DNA of 62,221 nt, from NCBI GenBank assembly GCA_012271015.1, contig JAAXHD010000427.1:1-62221 (forward strand), read 5' to 3'. Numbering within the stretch: the stretch's first letter is position 1; the number at the start of each line of letters is the position of its first letter. Below the pieces are notes generated by a model. That model saw nothing but the letters and a program-made list of their open reading frames with translations, was not told the origin of the DNA and did not search any database. The translations under genes and the position numbers were made by a program. The DNA is from Candidatus Poribacteria bacterium. Lineage in GTDB: Bacteria > Poribacteria > WGA-4E > WGA-3G. Of this stretch, positions 38,241 through 47,489 are shown piece by piece.

Positions 38241-39311
38241 CTAACCGAACAAAAATCCTTCCAGAGCAGTTGCGTCAATCTCACGCACAAGGCGCATCGT
38301 CAAATCCAATGCGGCGTTGTAGTCATCAATGTTAATTATTGAAACATGGCTATGGATATAGCGCGACGGTACACCGAGCACGACGGACGGCACACCTCTG
38401 CCGGATTGATGAATGGCACCACCATCCGTTCCACCGGACTGACGCACTCCAAGTTGGTACGGTATCTCATGTTTCTTTGCCGTCTCAATCGCAAAATCTG
38501 CCAACTTCGGATTGACAATCATTGAAGAATCGATTATCCGAATTTGTACACCGCCGCCAAGTTTCCCTTGTGTCGCACCGACGCTTAATCCTGGGGTATC
38601 ATCAGCAGGCGGTCCCTCAAGCACAATTGCGAGATCGGGTTCCACACTTGCGGCTACCGTCCTCGCCCCTCGTAATCCTACTTCTTCTTGCACACTTCCT
38701 GCCCCAATAACAGTATTCGGATGTTCATCAAGTCTCAAGAGTGCCTCAATTACAATCGCAACACCGACACGATTATCGAACGCTTTGGCGGAGAACAGTT
38801 TATCATTTTTCAACGGCATGAAAGGTCCGTAGGGGGCAATTGGGCATCCCGGTAACACCCCAAATTCCTCAGCCGCCTGTTCTTCGCTCTCCGCACCTAT
38901 GTCGATAAAAAGGTCTTTCATGTCTAAGACCTTATCGCGCGATCCTGAGAGCAGATGCGGCGGTGTAGAGCCGACCACTCCAGGCACTTTACCCAACTTC
39001 GTTGTGATCGTGACACGTTGTGCTAAGAGAGTGTGTGCCCACCATCCACCGAGGGGTAGAAACTTAACGAACCCGTTATCCGTGACGTTTTGCACAACAA
39101 AACCGATCTCGTCTAAATGTGAATCCAGCAAAATTCGGGGCTGTTCAGCATTTCCAGCGCGCGTGCAGAAGATACTCCCTAATCTATCTGTTCCAATTGG
39201 ACCAACACCAGTAACAGCATCACGAAAAATCTCGCGGACTTCTGTTTCGTAACCGGGAATTCCATCTGCTTGTGTCAATGATTTGAGCAGTTCAATTGAT
39301 GTTTCGCTCAT
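38241..39311 (-). CDS. M42 family metallo-aminopeptidase (FrvX/CelM-like)
   Basis: LTQADGIPGYE...HLDEIGF...AFDNRVG...SVQEEVGLRGA pattern. Confidence 0.9.
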   Translation of the reverse strand: MSETSIELLKSLTQADGIPGYETEVREIFRDAVTGVGPIGTDRLGSIFCTRAGNAEQPRILLDSHLDEIGFVVQNVTDNGFVKFLPLGGWWAHTLLAQRVTITTKLGKVPGVVGSTPPHLLSGSRDKVLDMKDLFIDIGAESEEQAAEEFGVLPGCPIAPYGPFMPLKNDKLFSAKAFDNRVGVAIVIEALLRLDEHPNTVIGAGSVQEEVGLRGARTVAASVEPDLAIVLEGPPADDTPGLSVGATQGKLGGGVQIRIIDSSMIVNPKLADFAIETAKKHEIPYQLGVRQSGGTDGGAIHQSGRGVPSVVLGVPSRYIHSHVSIINIDDYNAALDLTMRLVREIDATALEGFLFG

Positions 39312-39503
39312 CTATGCATTCCTTTGAAGATTATGCTATTATTTTCGAGCATTATAGCACGCCTCCGATTTTGTGCCAACTTTTAAGTGGTTGGGTCCGA
39401 GGATATGAGATTGGCGTGCGGTTCTGGTTTATGTTATAATTTTCCAAACGACGTATTTAAAGCACTAAATTAAAAACACAAACTTCTAAATAGGACTTTA
39501 ATT

Positions 39504-40541
39504 ATGAAAAACTACATGCTCATTCTCATACTACTACTTGCCACCACCGCCTGTGCAAGTGCCGAAGATTCTGAAGATTATAGCAACGACGAAATCCGGA
39601 CCCTATTGCCCTTCGATGCGATCCCTGCTATCACCGATCCGCAATTCGTTTCTGCCGGTGCCGCGAAATTAGACGCAGATGCCCCCGTCATCGGCGTGAC
39701 CTTTAACGGCGAAAGCCATGCCTATTCGCTTTATCTGTTGAATGGACATGAGATCGTCAACGATGTTGTGGGCGGAATGAATATCGCTACCACGTGGTGA
39801 CCGCTCTGCAATACGGCTATCGTGTATAGTCGGGATCTTGACGGTAAGACGTATACATTTGGTGTTAGCGGTAAATTGTGGCGGGATGCGTTGTTGATGT
39901 ATGACCATCAGACACGTTCCCTCTGGTCGCATATCACTGGCGAGGCGATACAGGGTCCGCTCACCGGTAAGCAATTGAAACCCCTCGCCTCCATGCCACA
40001 GATCGCATGGAAAACGTGGCAGTTAAACTATCCAGAGACCGAGGTATTGTCTGTGCCTACCAGAGGTGGTATGCGCGAGAGCATAAACCAAGATGCTTAT
40101 GCAGACTACCATGCCAGTCAGCGTGCTGGTGTCAGCGGGATGAAATATACCGATAATAGACTGCCGAATAAATCCCTTGTGATCGGTGTTCAAGCACCAG
40201 CGAAAGGTGGCAATACACAATTTCGCGCATATCCACTGATACTCTTTACGAAAACCGCTATCATCAACGATACACTTGATGGAGTGCCGCTGCTCATTTT
40301 TCACGATAAAAGGTCGTTCGCAACGGCAGTCTTCACGCGGAACGTGGCAGGGAAAGTCCGAACCTTTAGCCAGAAAGACAGACACTTTGCAGAAGACGAT
40401 ACCGGAACACGCTGGAATCTCATTACAGGTGAGGCAGGATCGGGTAAGGATGGAGGCGCGCGTTTAGAGCGGCTGCCTGCTATCAATATCTATTGGTTCG
40501 CATGGGCGCGCTACCATCCTGAAACCTCTATCTATCGGTAA
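39504..40541 (+). CDS. DUF3179 family protein interrupted by in-frame TGA (39798-39800) at the first Cys of the conserved CPLC motif: selenocysteine candidate or pseudogene
   Basis: Track ORFs 39504-39800 and 39822-40541 share one frame. The read-through gives ...HEIVNDVVGGMNIATTW-[TGA]-PLCNTAIVYSRDLDGKTYTFGVSGKLWRDALLMYDHQTRSLWSH, collinear with DUF3179. A hairpin lies at 39814-39832. Confidence 0.6.
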
Positions 40542-40577
40542 CTATAGTAGATTTTACAATTGACGATGCCTTCAATC

Positions 40578-40601
40578 GGCGCGCTTACAAAGCGCGCCTA
40601 C
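40578..40601 (-). repeat. GTAG-headed REP-like palindrome
   Basis: The minus strand reads GTAG-GCGCGCT-ttgta-AGCGCGCC. Confidence 0.7.
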
Positions 40602-40655
40602 CGGTGGATGTCTACATGTTTTATATTTTGCCCTAACTTGGCAACTACAAAGACT

Positions 40656-41417
40656 TTAATTGTCCAGTTCGACGATTTCACCTGTCATATTGCGGTGCAT
40701 CGTCGGACGAATGACTAATTCCGGGATATTGCTCCGTTGTGGCAGCGTTGCGATTAGCAGAATCGCCGCTGAAGTCTCATCGACATCTACCATTGTCTCA
40801 CGGGCGGCGGCATCCGGAGGAACCGGACGTTTGTCCAGAATCGGCGTTGCTACCTCACCGGGGACAACGACACTTGCTCGGATACCGGTGTTCCGTAAAT
40901 CGGCGTTGAGGAATTCGGTGAAATTGATAACCGCCGCCTTCGCTGCGCCGTAGGCAAACCCGCTAAACGGACCGGGCGTGACCGCCGCAAGCGACGAGAT
41001 ATTAATAATCGTCCCCGATTTCGCTTCCAGCATCGCTGGTACAACCGCTTTCGTACAGAAAAATGTGCCCATTAGATTTGAATCGATAACCGAGCGCATC
41101 TCTTCAGGGGGGGTGTTGAGGAGTCGTCGATGCTGTGAACTGTGTCCGGCATTGTTCACAAGTACATCAATCCGTCCGAACTTGTCAAGCACATCGGCAA
41201 CCATCTGTTCGACAGCATCGTAGTCAGCCACGTCAAACGCGTAACTCACCGCTGTCCCGCCTGCTGCTTCAACTTCAGCCTTGACGGAGACCAACTTCGA
41301 TTCTGTTCTACCGTTAATGACAACCGTCGCACCCTCTTGTGCCATTGCGAGGGCGGCACCGCGGCCTATACCACTGCCACCCCCCGTAATAATACAAACA
41401 TTTCCTTCTAAACGCAT
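40656..41417 (-). CDS. SDR family oxidoreductase
   Basis: TGGGSGIG cofactor motif, NNAG, and YGAAK catalytic motif. Confidence 0.92.
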   Translation of the reverse strand: MRLEGNVCIITGGGSGIGRGAALAMAQEGATVVINGRTESKLVSVKAEVEAAGGTAVSYAFDVADYDAVEQMVADVLDKFGRIDVLVNNAGHSSQHRRLLNTPPEEMRSVIDSNLMGTFFCTKAVVPAMLEAKSGTIINISSLAAVTPGPFSGFAYGAAKAAVINFTEFLNADLRNTGIRASVVVPGEVATPILDKRPVPPDAAARETMVDVDETSAAILLIATLPQRSNIPELVIRPTMHRNMTGEIVELDN

Positions 41418-42250
41418 TCTTTTCCTCCATTGGGTAAAATAGGTTTAACTGCCGCTTTTACCTCTTTTGATAACGATTCTAATTCATATTGTGCATCCGA
41501 TATTTTATCGCGATGTTCGTCAAGCGGGTATCCACCCTTTCCAGTTTCATTGAAATAAGCACTCAATTGATAGCGTTGAAAGATGTTCATCCGCGGATAA
41601 TCCTCTGTCCAAGGACTCGCATCGTGGAGCAGGTTCGTCGAGAAGATCGCCACATCACCCGCTTCCATCGGTAGCGTAATTGAGGTCGGTGGATCGTGCT
41701 TCACGGGTAGGTTCTCTGGGGTCTGGAACAGAGATTTATGACTACCGGGGACGAGGCAAAAGCCGGTGCCAGAGGGTACATCTACGAGTGCAACCCACGT
41801 CGCAATGTGGCTGCAATAGATGTGTCCCGCGGCGGCTTGGTAATCGTTGTGTGGATTGCGGAACCCGGGTGGGAATTTGAATCCGCTGTCGTCACGATGA
41901 AAGTGTTGAGGGGCATCGTGTTTCGTCATCATCGTAAAATTGCAGTGAAACAGACGCGGAGCATTCATTGTCAACCCCGCCACAACTCGCATAATGTCAG
42001 GATTCATCGCGAGGTCTTCAAAGAGACGATGTCCGTACTGGATGTGTCCAATGTGTGTTTTGCAAGGCTCCTGTTGCCCGCGATCGAGCGGTGGTGGAAT
42101 GTCGGCTTCACCAATTGTCAACCAATGCTGAAGTCCCTTTACCATCTCTTCAATTGCGTCTTTTGGGATAACGTTTCTTAAAACGAGGAACCCGTGTAAA
42201 TCGAAATACCACTTCTCCGCTTCCGTCAAAGTGGAATGGATTGTATACAT
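41408..42250 (-). CDS. phytanoyl-CoA dioxygenase (PhyH) family protein
   Basis: EKWYFDLHGFLVLRNVI, HFHRDD and PGSHKS. Its last codons contain the SD and ATG of the SDR gene (10-nt overlap). Confidence 0.8.
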   Translation of the reverse strand: MYTIHSTLTEAEKWYFDLHGFLVLRNVIPKDAIEEMVKGLQHWLTIGEADIPPPLDRGQQEPCKTHIGHIQYGHRLFEDLAMNPDIMRVVAGLTMNAPRLFHCNFTMMTKHDAPQHFHRDDSGFKFPPGFRNPHNDYQAAAGHIYCSHIATWVALVDVPSGTGFCLVPGSHKSLFQTPENLPVKHDPPTSITLPMEAGDVAIFSTNLLHDASPWTEDYPRMNIFQRYQLSAYFNETGKGGYPLDEHRDKISDAQYELESLSKEVKAAVKPILPNGGKECV

Positions 42251-42326
42251 TAATTCTTCTCCGCTATTTCTATGAGTTTTGCGAATACAGATTAGCAGAA
42301 TTCGACAAAATTTTCAAGACTACGGA

Positions 42327-43361
42327 TTAGTGTTCAGGTTGCTTTATCTCTCCCCAGAGGGTCGTCAACTTCCCATGCGGTGAAACAGCTAAGGAGCCTT
42401 CTATCCAGTCGGGCCACTTCTCATCACTCGGCTCACGCGTCAACCGTCTCAGCCCCTGTGTCTCGAGTCCATAACGATAGAGGTTATAATGTGAGATGGA
42501 TTTATCCAGGAACTTGAGTGCGAACAGGATCGCACGGTCCTGCTCCATCCAACACGCCCCTGCGATCAGAAAATGGTTGCCGAGTCGGTCATTAATATCT
42601 GTTATTTTATGCGTCCCACCCCCGATCCGTTGAACGATGAATCGCTTGACATCTCCATCGCGAAACCATTTCGATTCATAGAAGAGGATGCGTTGTCCAT
42701 CGGCAGACCAGCGGGGAAAGTATCTGAACGTGGACGGGTCGTTGGGACCTGGATCCGGGAGGACAGGACGCTGGTGCTGCCCCTCCGCAGACATCACGTA
42801 GATCGTTTTCGGGACTATCCCGGGCTTTCGGATGAACCGCTCAAAAGCGATCTGTCTGCCATCGGGCGACCAGTCGGGGGACGCGGAAGCTGTATCCTCG
42901 TCCTCACCTGTTAATTGTGTGACGGTGTGCGTTGCAAGTTCTATGACGAACACCTCCCATCTTCCGCTTCGGGTACTCGTAAAAACGAGGGAGTGTCCAT
43001 CGGGCGACCAAGATGGATACACATCGATGACGTTGTTATAGGTAAAGCGTTGCGGGTCTGTGCCATCAGCGTTCATGATGAATATCTCCGACGTGGTTTG
43101 TGTTTGCGTCCTGTCCATGTATCTGGTAAAAGCGATCTGTGTGCCATCGGGCGACCAACGAGGATACCGGTGTGTCGCCTGCGTGCTGTGTGTGAGCCTG
43201 CGTCTGCGTGAGCCGTCATCGTTCATGACGCAAATATCACCATCGAGACAAAACACGATCTTTGCATCAACGGAAGTTGTCGCACCTGTGAGCCAGAGCA
43301 GACAGCAAGAAAGGAAAAAACGTATTGTTTTTGAAAGATGGGTTGTTTTTAGGGAGTTCAT
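42327..43361 (-). CDS. secreted PD40/TolB-like beta-propeller protein, copy 1
   Basis: Signal peptide and repeated WSPDG motifs (RWSPDGTQIAF, SWSPDGHSLVF, DWSPDGRQIAF). AAGGAGG sits 6 nt before ATG 43361. Confidence 0.85.
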   Translation of the reverse strand: MNSLKTTHLSKTIRFFLSCCLLWLTGATTSVDAKIVFCLDGDICVMNDDGSRRRRLTHSTQATHRYPRWSPDGTQIAFTRYMDRTQTQTTSEIFIMNADGTDPQRFTYNNVIDVYPSWSPDGHSLVFTSTRSGRWEVFVIELATHTVTQLTGEDEDTASASPDWSPDGRQIAFERFIRKPGIVPKTIYVMSAEGQHQRPVLPDPGPNDPSTFRYFPRWSADGQRILFYESKWFRDGDVKRFIVQRIGGGTHKITDINDRLGNHFLIAGACWMEQDRAILFALKFLDKSISHYNLYRYGLETQGLRRLTREPSDEKWPDWIEGSLAVSPHGKLTTLWGEIKQPEH

Positions 43362-43465
43362 TGTGTGCCTCCTTCTGCACAAGGGATGCTTTGAGAGACC
43401 CGCGGCGATGCGATGACTACCCTCGCCGCGGGTGTTATCAGAGAGTCGCTCCTGGGGACCGACCC

Positions 43466-43939
43466 CTAAAGTTCAAAATTAGTGGAGCATGACGCAGTGG
43501 GCCACGCGACCTTCTCCTTCGTCGCAAGGTCTCTTACCTCCAAGCCTGTCCACGCATCAATCCAGCCGGGTCCTTCTTCTTTATTTCTCAGAAGGAACGA
43601 GAAGTTGTGGTGGGCAGACCCAAAACTATTCCCCGGTACCTCTTTCTCTTTTGTTTCGGGGAGTGGTGTAATAGACCCGCCGTTCCAATGCACTTCCACC
43701 GTGAACGTCCCATACAATTTGACCTTCCCGATGCCATAGTTGTCAACGGCGACCGAATGACTGCTGTGAGCAGTTTCAGTGAGGGTATCAAACCAGGTGC
43801 AGACGTAGGTGGATCCATACACATTTCCAGCAAATTCAGTGCTCGATCTAAAATCCTGATCAAGCGCGTAGAGGTCCGTTAGAAGTAAACAGGTTGTTGC
43901 AAAAAGAAGCGTCAGTGTGAAAACAACAAAGCATTTCAT
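43466..43939 (-). CDS. small secreted protein of unknown function, cassette partner 1
   Basis: Signal peptide MKCFVVFTLTLLFATTCLLL and AAGGAG SD. Weak similarity to 45204-45764 (AHSSHSVAVDNYG vs AYSTHSAYIGNYAG). Confidence 0.65.
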   Translation of the reverse strand: MKCFVVFTLTLLFATTCLLLTDLYALDQDFRSSTEFAGNVYGSTYVCTWFDTLTETAHSSHSVAVDNYGIGKVKLYGTFTVEVHWNGGSITPLPETKEKEVPGNSFGSAHHNFSFLLRNKEEGPGWIDAWTGLEVRDLATKEKVAWPTASCSTNFEL

Positions 43940-44117
43940 TTTAGTATCTCCTTTTGACTCGCTCTAAGGCGTCTTCATTTACGCAGGCGGTGTGATAATA
44001 AATCACGGCTCTGCTGCTACTAAATCCCATCTATGTAAGGTATCAATAATATCAACGAGAGGCTCCGTGGTGCCTGTGAGGTTCCAGCCCAGAATCGAGG
44101 GGCATCGACAGATCGAT

Positions 44118-45146
44118 TCAATTTGAGTGCTTCTCGCCGACTTTCAACTTACTCCACTGCGTGCTTTTTTTTCCGTTTGCGGATGCGTCAAGCGTGCCTG
44201 CTATCCATCGAGGTAATAAGTCTTCTGCGGGGTGTGTGGTGAGTTGCGTTAGTGTGCTGCTGATGAAGTTATAGCGATAGATGTCGTAATTGCCGCGTTC
44301 TTTGGTTATTAATCCTGTGGCATCCGCGGATAAAAGTATCTCTTTATTGTTTATCCAACAAGATGCCCCAGGGCGAAATCCTTTTGGAAGTACCACCCGT
44401 TCTGTTCTTTTTGCGGCAAGGTGATAAATAAAAATGTTGCTTTCTCTGATAACAAGGTCTGTATCAGCTCCGTCTTTATTTACTATAATATCAAATCTAT
44501 CCTCAACAAACATGAGGCGTTTGCTATCCGGGGCCCAGCGCGGGTACATACGAATGACAAGGAAATCAGGGTTAGCATTCGGGGGGAAGATCGGTTTCTC
44601 ACCACGTCCATCTAGCGCGACAATGTGAATGTTCTTTTCAAAGCCGGGTGTCTTTTCAAAAGCGATGAAACGGCCATCTGCAGAAATATCTGATTCGGTT
44701 ATCTTCTCAACGCCCTGGAGGGGGCGTGTCACGCCGGTCTCTATGTCGATAAAGAAAAGCCGATAGGTACGCTTATCAAAGTCCCATGTTGTGATCGCCA
44801 ATTCCTGTCCATCTGGTGTGAAGAAATTGAGCCACTGAAATGAAAGTGCTTCATCTTCATTTGTTAGAACCTGCTCATCGCTACCATCCGCTTTCATGAG
44901 AATGACCTCTGATATTTTTTGTCTATCTTGCATGCTGCTGCGCAGAAATGTGAGTGTTTGACCGTCTGGTGCCCATAAAGGAACATAGTCACCAGCCGGA
45001 TTGTTCGTTATTCTGCGAAGGTGGCTGCCATTATCATTCATCGTATAAATTTCGGAGTTGCCATCGCGTTTAGAATAAAACACGATTTTGGTGTTCGCTA
45101 CAGTGGCAAACATCAACAAAAGACATGAAAGAAAAATAGTTTTCAT
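44118..45146 (-). CDS. secreted PD40/TolB-like beta-propeller protein, copy 2
   Basis: Signal peptide and PD40 repeats (LWAPDGQTLTF, FFTPDGQELAI). AAGGAG SD. Confidence 0.85.
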   Translation of the reverse strand: MKTIFLSCLLLMFATVANTKIVFYSKRDGNSEIYTMNDNGSHLRRITNNPAGDYVPLWAPDGQTLTFLRSSMQDRQKISEVILMKADGSDEQVLTNEDEALSFQWLNFFTPDGQELAITTWDFDKRTYRLFFIDIETGVTRPLQGVEKITESDISADGRFIAFEKTPGFEKNIHIVALDGRGEKPIFPPNANPDFLVIRMYPRWAPDSKRLMFVEDRFDIIVNKDGADTDLVIRESNIFIYHLAAKRTERVVLPKGFRPGASCWINNKEILLSADATGLITKERGNYDIYRYNFISSTLTQLTTHPAEDLLPRWIAGTLDASANGKKSTQWSKLKVGEKHSN

Positions 45147-45203
45147 GAGAATCTCCTTAGGGAGAGCGAGAACATAAATGCCCTCGCTCAGAACTACACC
45201 GAA

Positions 45204-45764
45204 TTATTGGACAGTAAACGGTATATCACCTTCCGCGTGCCACCGTGCTTTTAGCCCGGCATCGTCTTGATCTCTCGCCTGAATGTTGGTATATGCCGTG
45301 AAAAGGTGGGGCCCCGGTTGAAGCCCGCTAGTAGAAACGCTCTGTTGATAATGATATTCGCTCCAATAATAATCTGCCCATCCATCATAGTAAGGCTGTA
45401 GTTTTCTTGAACGTATCCTGGGATTCCTATTGGTCCGGTTGAGATCCTCACCATTGGGGCCTCGAACTGAGGTGAGATAAACGAGATCAAACAAAATGTC
45501 TTGATCTCCAAAGTCACCACCAGCGTAGTTGCCAATGTAGGCCGAGTGTGTGCTATATGCCCGATTGTTGGCAGACCACATATTCTCCACAAAAACCTGA
45601 CCGTAGGTATTCGGCAATTTCTCGAACAAAGGGTCCTCCAAATAATCTGTGTCGCCATAACTTATATCAGAGGCAAGTGCAGCTTCGGTGTGCATTGAGA
45701 CGGAACTTAATCCTACACAGAGCATAGCGATAAAAAGTATCGCGTGAAAGAAGGAATGGGTCAT
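45204..45764 (-). CDS. small secreted protein of unknown function, cassette partner 2
   Basis: Signal peptide MTHSFFHAILFIAMLCVGLSSVSMHTEA. AAGGAG sits 6 nt upstream of ATG 45764; the track start 45809 has no SD. Confidence 0.65.
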   Translation of the reverse strand: MTHSFFHAILFIAMLCVGLSSVSMHTEAALASDISYGDTDYLEDPLFEKLPNTYGQVFVENMWSANNRAYSTHSAYIGNYAGGDFGDQDILFDLVYLTSVRGPNGEDLNRTNRNPRIRSRKLQPYYDGWADYYWSEYHYQQSVSTSGLQPGPHLFTAYTNIQARDQDDAGLKARWHAEGDIPFTVQ

Positions 45765-45915
45765 AATCATCTCCTTTGTTTGCGAAGGGCATGGATGTGT
45801 GTAATACATTTTCGCTTTTGTGTGAGTAACGGTGATAGTTTTAGTTTCCGCGCGAAAATCGCCGCAGAAACATTTTTATATGCTGAGCATTGCTCAATAG
45901 CGTCATAATAATAGG

Positions 45916-45933
45916 TAGCAATTATCGTGCCAA
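45916..45933 (-). promoter_or_regulatory. sigma-54 (-24/-12) promoter, consensus match
   Basis: The minus strand reads TTGGCACGATAATTGCTA, i.e. TGGCAC-N5-TTGCT. It lies ~150 nt upstream of the start at 45764. Confidence 0.75.
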
Positions 45934-45975
45934 TTTGAAAACCTATACAGTTACAGGGATCAGATCATTTACCAA

Positions 45976-46030
45976 CCCTCCAAAATTTGGAAATTTTCTA
46001 AATTTTGGAGGGTTACCCTCTAAATTTTGG
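45976..46030. promoter_or_regulatory. palindromic upstream sites (candidate enhancer/UAS for the sigma-54 activator)
   Basis: CCCTCCAAAATTT (45976-45988), 11 nt, AAATTTTGGAGGG (46000-46012), plus a third half-site CCCTCTAAATTTTGG (46016-46030). The sites lie 45-100 bp upstream of the -24 element. Confidence 0.5.
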
Positions 46031-46130
46031 AATCTGCCTCACATTAAACCTTTATACGCGCCCAGGGTGATTTCGTTTTGGGTTTCGATCTTGGTTTTCA
46101 TTTACATAAGTTAAGGTTTTGGCACAAAAT

Positions 46131-46152
46131 CGCGAGCACCGCTCGCGCCTAC
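46131..46152 (-). repeat. GTAG-headed REP-like palindrome
   Basis: The minus strand reads GTAG-G-CGCGAGC-ggt-GCTCGCG. Confidence 0.65.
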
Positions 46153-46224
46153 AGTGGAGAAATAGTCACATATATAAAGGGAATCTTTAAAACGAAATGG
46201 CCCTGTATACGCGCCGTATTCCAC

Positions 46225-46252
46225 TTGACGTATTCTGAGAGTGTGTTAAAAT
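46225..46252 (+). promoter_or_regulatory. sigma-70-type promoter candidate for the activator gene
   Basis: TTGACG, 16 nt, TAAAAT. Confidence 0.35.
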
Positions 46253-46293
46253 AAACAAAATCAGATACTCTAAAATTAGAGCGGAGAAGGACT

Positions 46294-47379
46294 ATGAAAG
46301 GCAGTACGAAAGAAAATATGGTAGATTCAGGGCATCGTGATGCGGAGGCGACTGCCAGGCGCAGTCGCCCGGCTCGGCACGGATTACACGGGGAGTATAC
46401 GGATATCCTCGGCGAAAGCCCGGAGATGATTGAAGTCCTTGAAAAAATAGAAGTGGTTGCGGATACAGATGCGGCGGTGCTGATTCAAGGAGAAACTGGA
46501 ACCGGTAAAGAGTTAATAGCATACGCCTTACACCGAAACAGTTCTCGTGCGGCAGAGGAGTTGGTTGTCGTTAACTGCGCAGCGATACCGGAAAATTTAT
46601 TGGAGAGCGCACTCTTTGGACATGAGAAAGGCGCGTTCACCGGGGCCACGGAGCGACAGATCGGTAAGTTTGAAAGTGCGCACCGGAGCACAATTTTCCT
46701 TGATGAAATCGGGGAGATGCCGCTGTCTCTTCAGCCGAAGTTGCTACGGACGCTTCAGGATCGGAAGATTGAACGCATCGGCGGCACGAAACCGATTCCC
46801 GTAGATTTTCGAGTGGTCGCGGCTACCAACCGGGACCTGCAGCACGCCGTTAGAGATGGCACTTTCCGCGAAGACCTCTATTATCGGTTGAAGGTCGTTT
46901 CGCTCTCACTGCCCCCCTTGCGAGAACGGCGAGAGGATATCCGTCTCTTAACAAACCACTTTCTGCAAAAGCATGCTCAGGACCGAAGCCCCTTACCGAT
47001 AAAGATAGCCTCCAGCACCCTAAACCTTCTCTACACCTACCCCTGGCCCGGAAATATACGTGAATTAGAAAACGCCATTTTTTACGTCTGCCTTTTTGGC
47101 AAAACAGATGCTATCTTGCCGAAGCACCTCCCCAAGGATATTCAAGACTTCAACGGAGAAAGATGGCGTTCAGCGGTAGAAGTTGCTGGCGGACTTTATA
47201 CGCAAGATACAATAGACCTCCCTCTCGGATTAACGTTGAAGGAGGTCGAAAGGGAGTGGATTCTGCAAACGTTGGCATATTTGGACGGAAATCGGACAAA
47301 GACCGCAAAGGCTTTGGGAATGAGCCTAAGTTCTTTGTATAATAAGTTAAACAGTTATGCAGCGGAACCGAAGTTTTAG
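46294..47379 (+). CDS. sigma-54-dependent transcriptional activator lacking an N-terminal sensory/receiver domain (PspF/HrpR-like architecture)
   Basis: The AAA+ core starts ~37 aa from the N-terminus: GETGTGKE (Walker A), GAFTGA loop, IFLDEIGEM (Walker B). C-terminal Fis-type [24 protein letters not shown]. Confidence 0.92.
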   Translation: MKGSTKENMVDSGHRDAEATARRSRPARHGLHGEYTDILGESPEMIEVLEKIEVVADTDAAVLIQGETGTGKELIAYALHRNSSRAAEELVVVNCAAIPENLLESALFGHEKGAFTGATERQIGKFESAHRSTIFLDEIGEMPLSLQPKLLRTLQDRKIERIGGTKPIPVDFRVVAATNRDLQHAVRDGTFREDLYYRLKVVSLSLPPLRERREDIRLLTNHFLQKHAQDRSPLPIKIASSTLNLLYTYPWPGNIRELENAIFYVCLFGKTDAILPKHLPKDIQDFNGERWRSAVEVAGGLYTQDTIDLPLGLTLKEVEREWILQTLAYLDGNRTKTAKALGMSLSSLYNKLNSYAAEPKF

Positions 47380-47421
47380 GCAACGGTACTTCTTGGACCT
47401 CTTCCTATTCTCAAAAAGCAC

Positions 47422-47449
47422 TTGACAAAAATCTCGAAACCCCTATAAT
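47422..47449 (+). promoter_or_regulatory. near-consensus sigma-70 promoter
   Basis: TTGACA (47422-47427), 16 nt, TATAAT (47444-47449). Confidence 0.55.
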
Positions 47450-47489
47450 GGACATCACAATATGGTTGAGTCTTAAGGAGGTCCTCCCA

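Noticed and set aside
44061-44075. Second sigma-54 promoter in front of the downstream cassette
   Set aside because: The minus strand reads AGGCACCACGGAGCC. Only GGCAC and GC with correct spacing are present, and the -12 TTGC is missing. It is too weak to call without data.
46108-46128. Plus-strand TGGCAC-N5-CGC upstream of the activator gene as a sigma-54 promoter
   Set aside because: The -12 element is poor (TCGC rather than TTGC) and runs into a REP-like hairpin. A sigma-70-like TTGACG-N16-TAAAAT closer to the gene is a simpler explanation.
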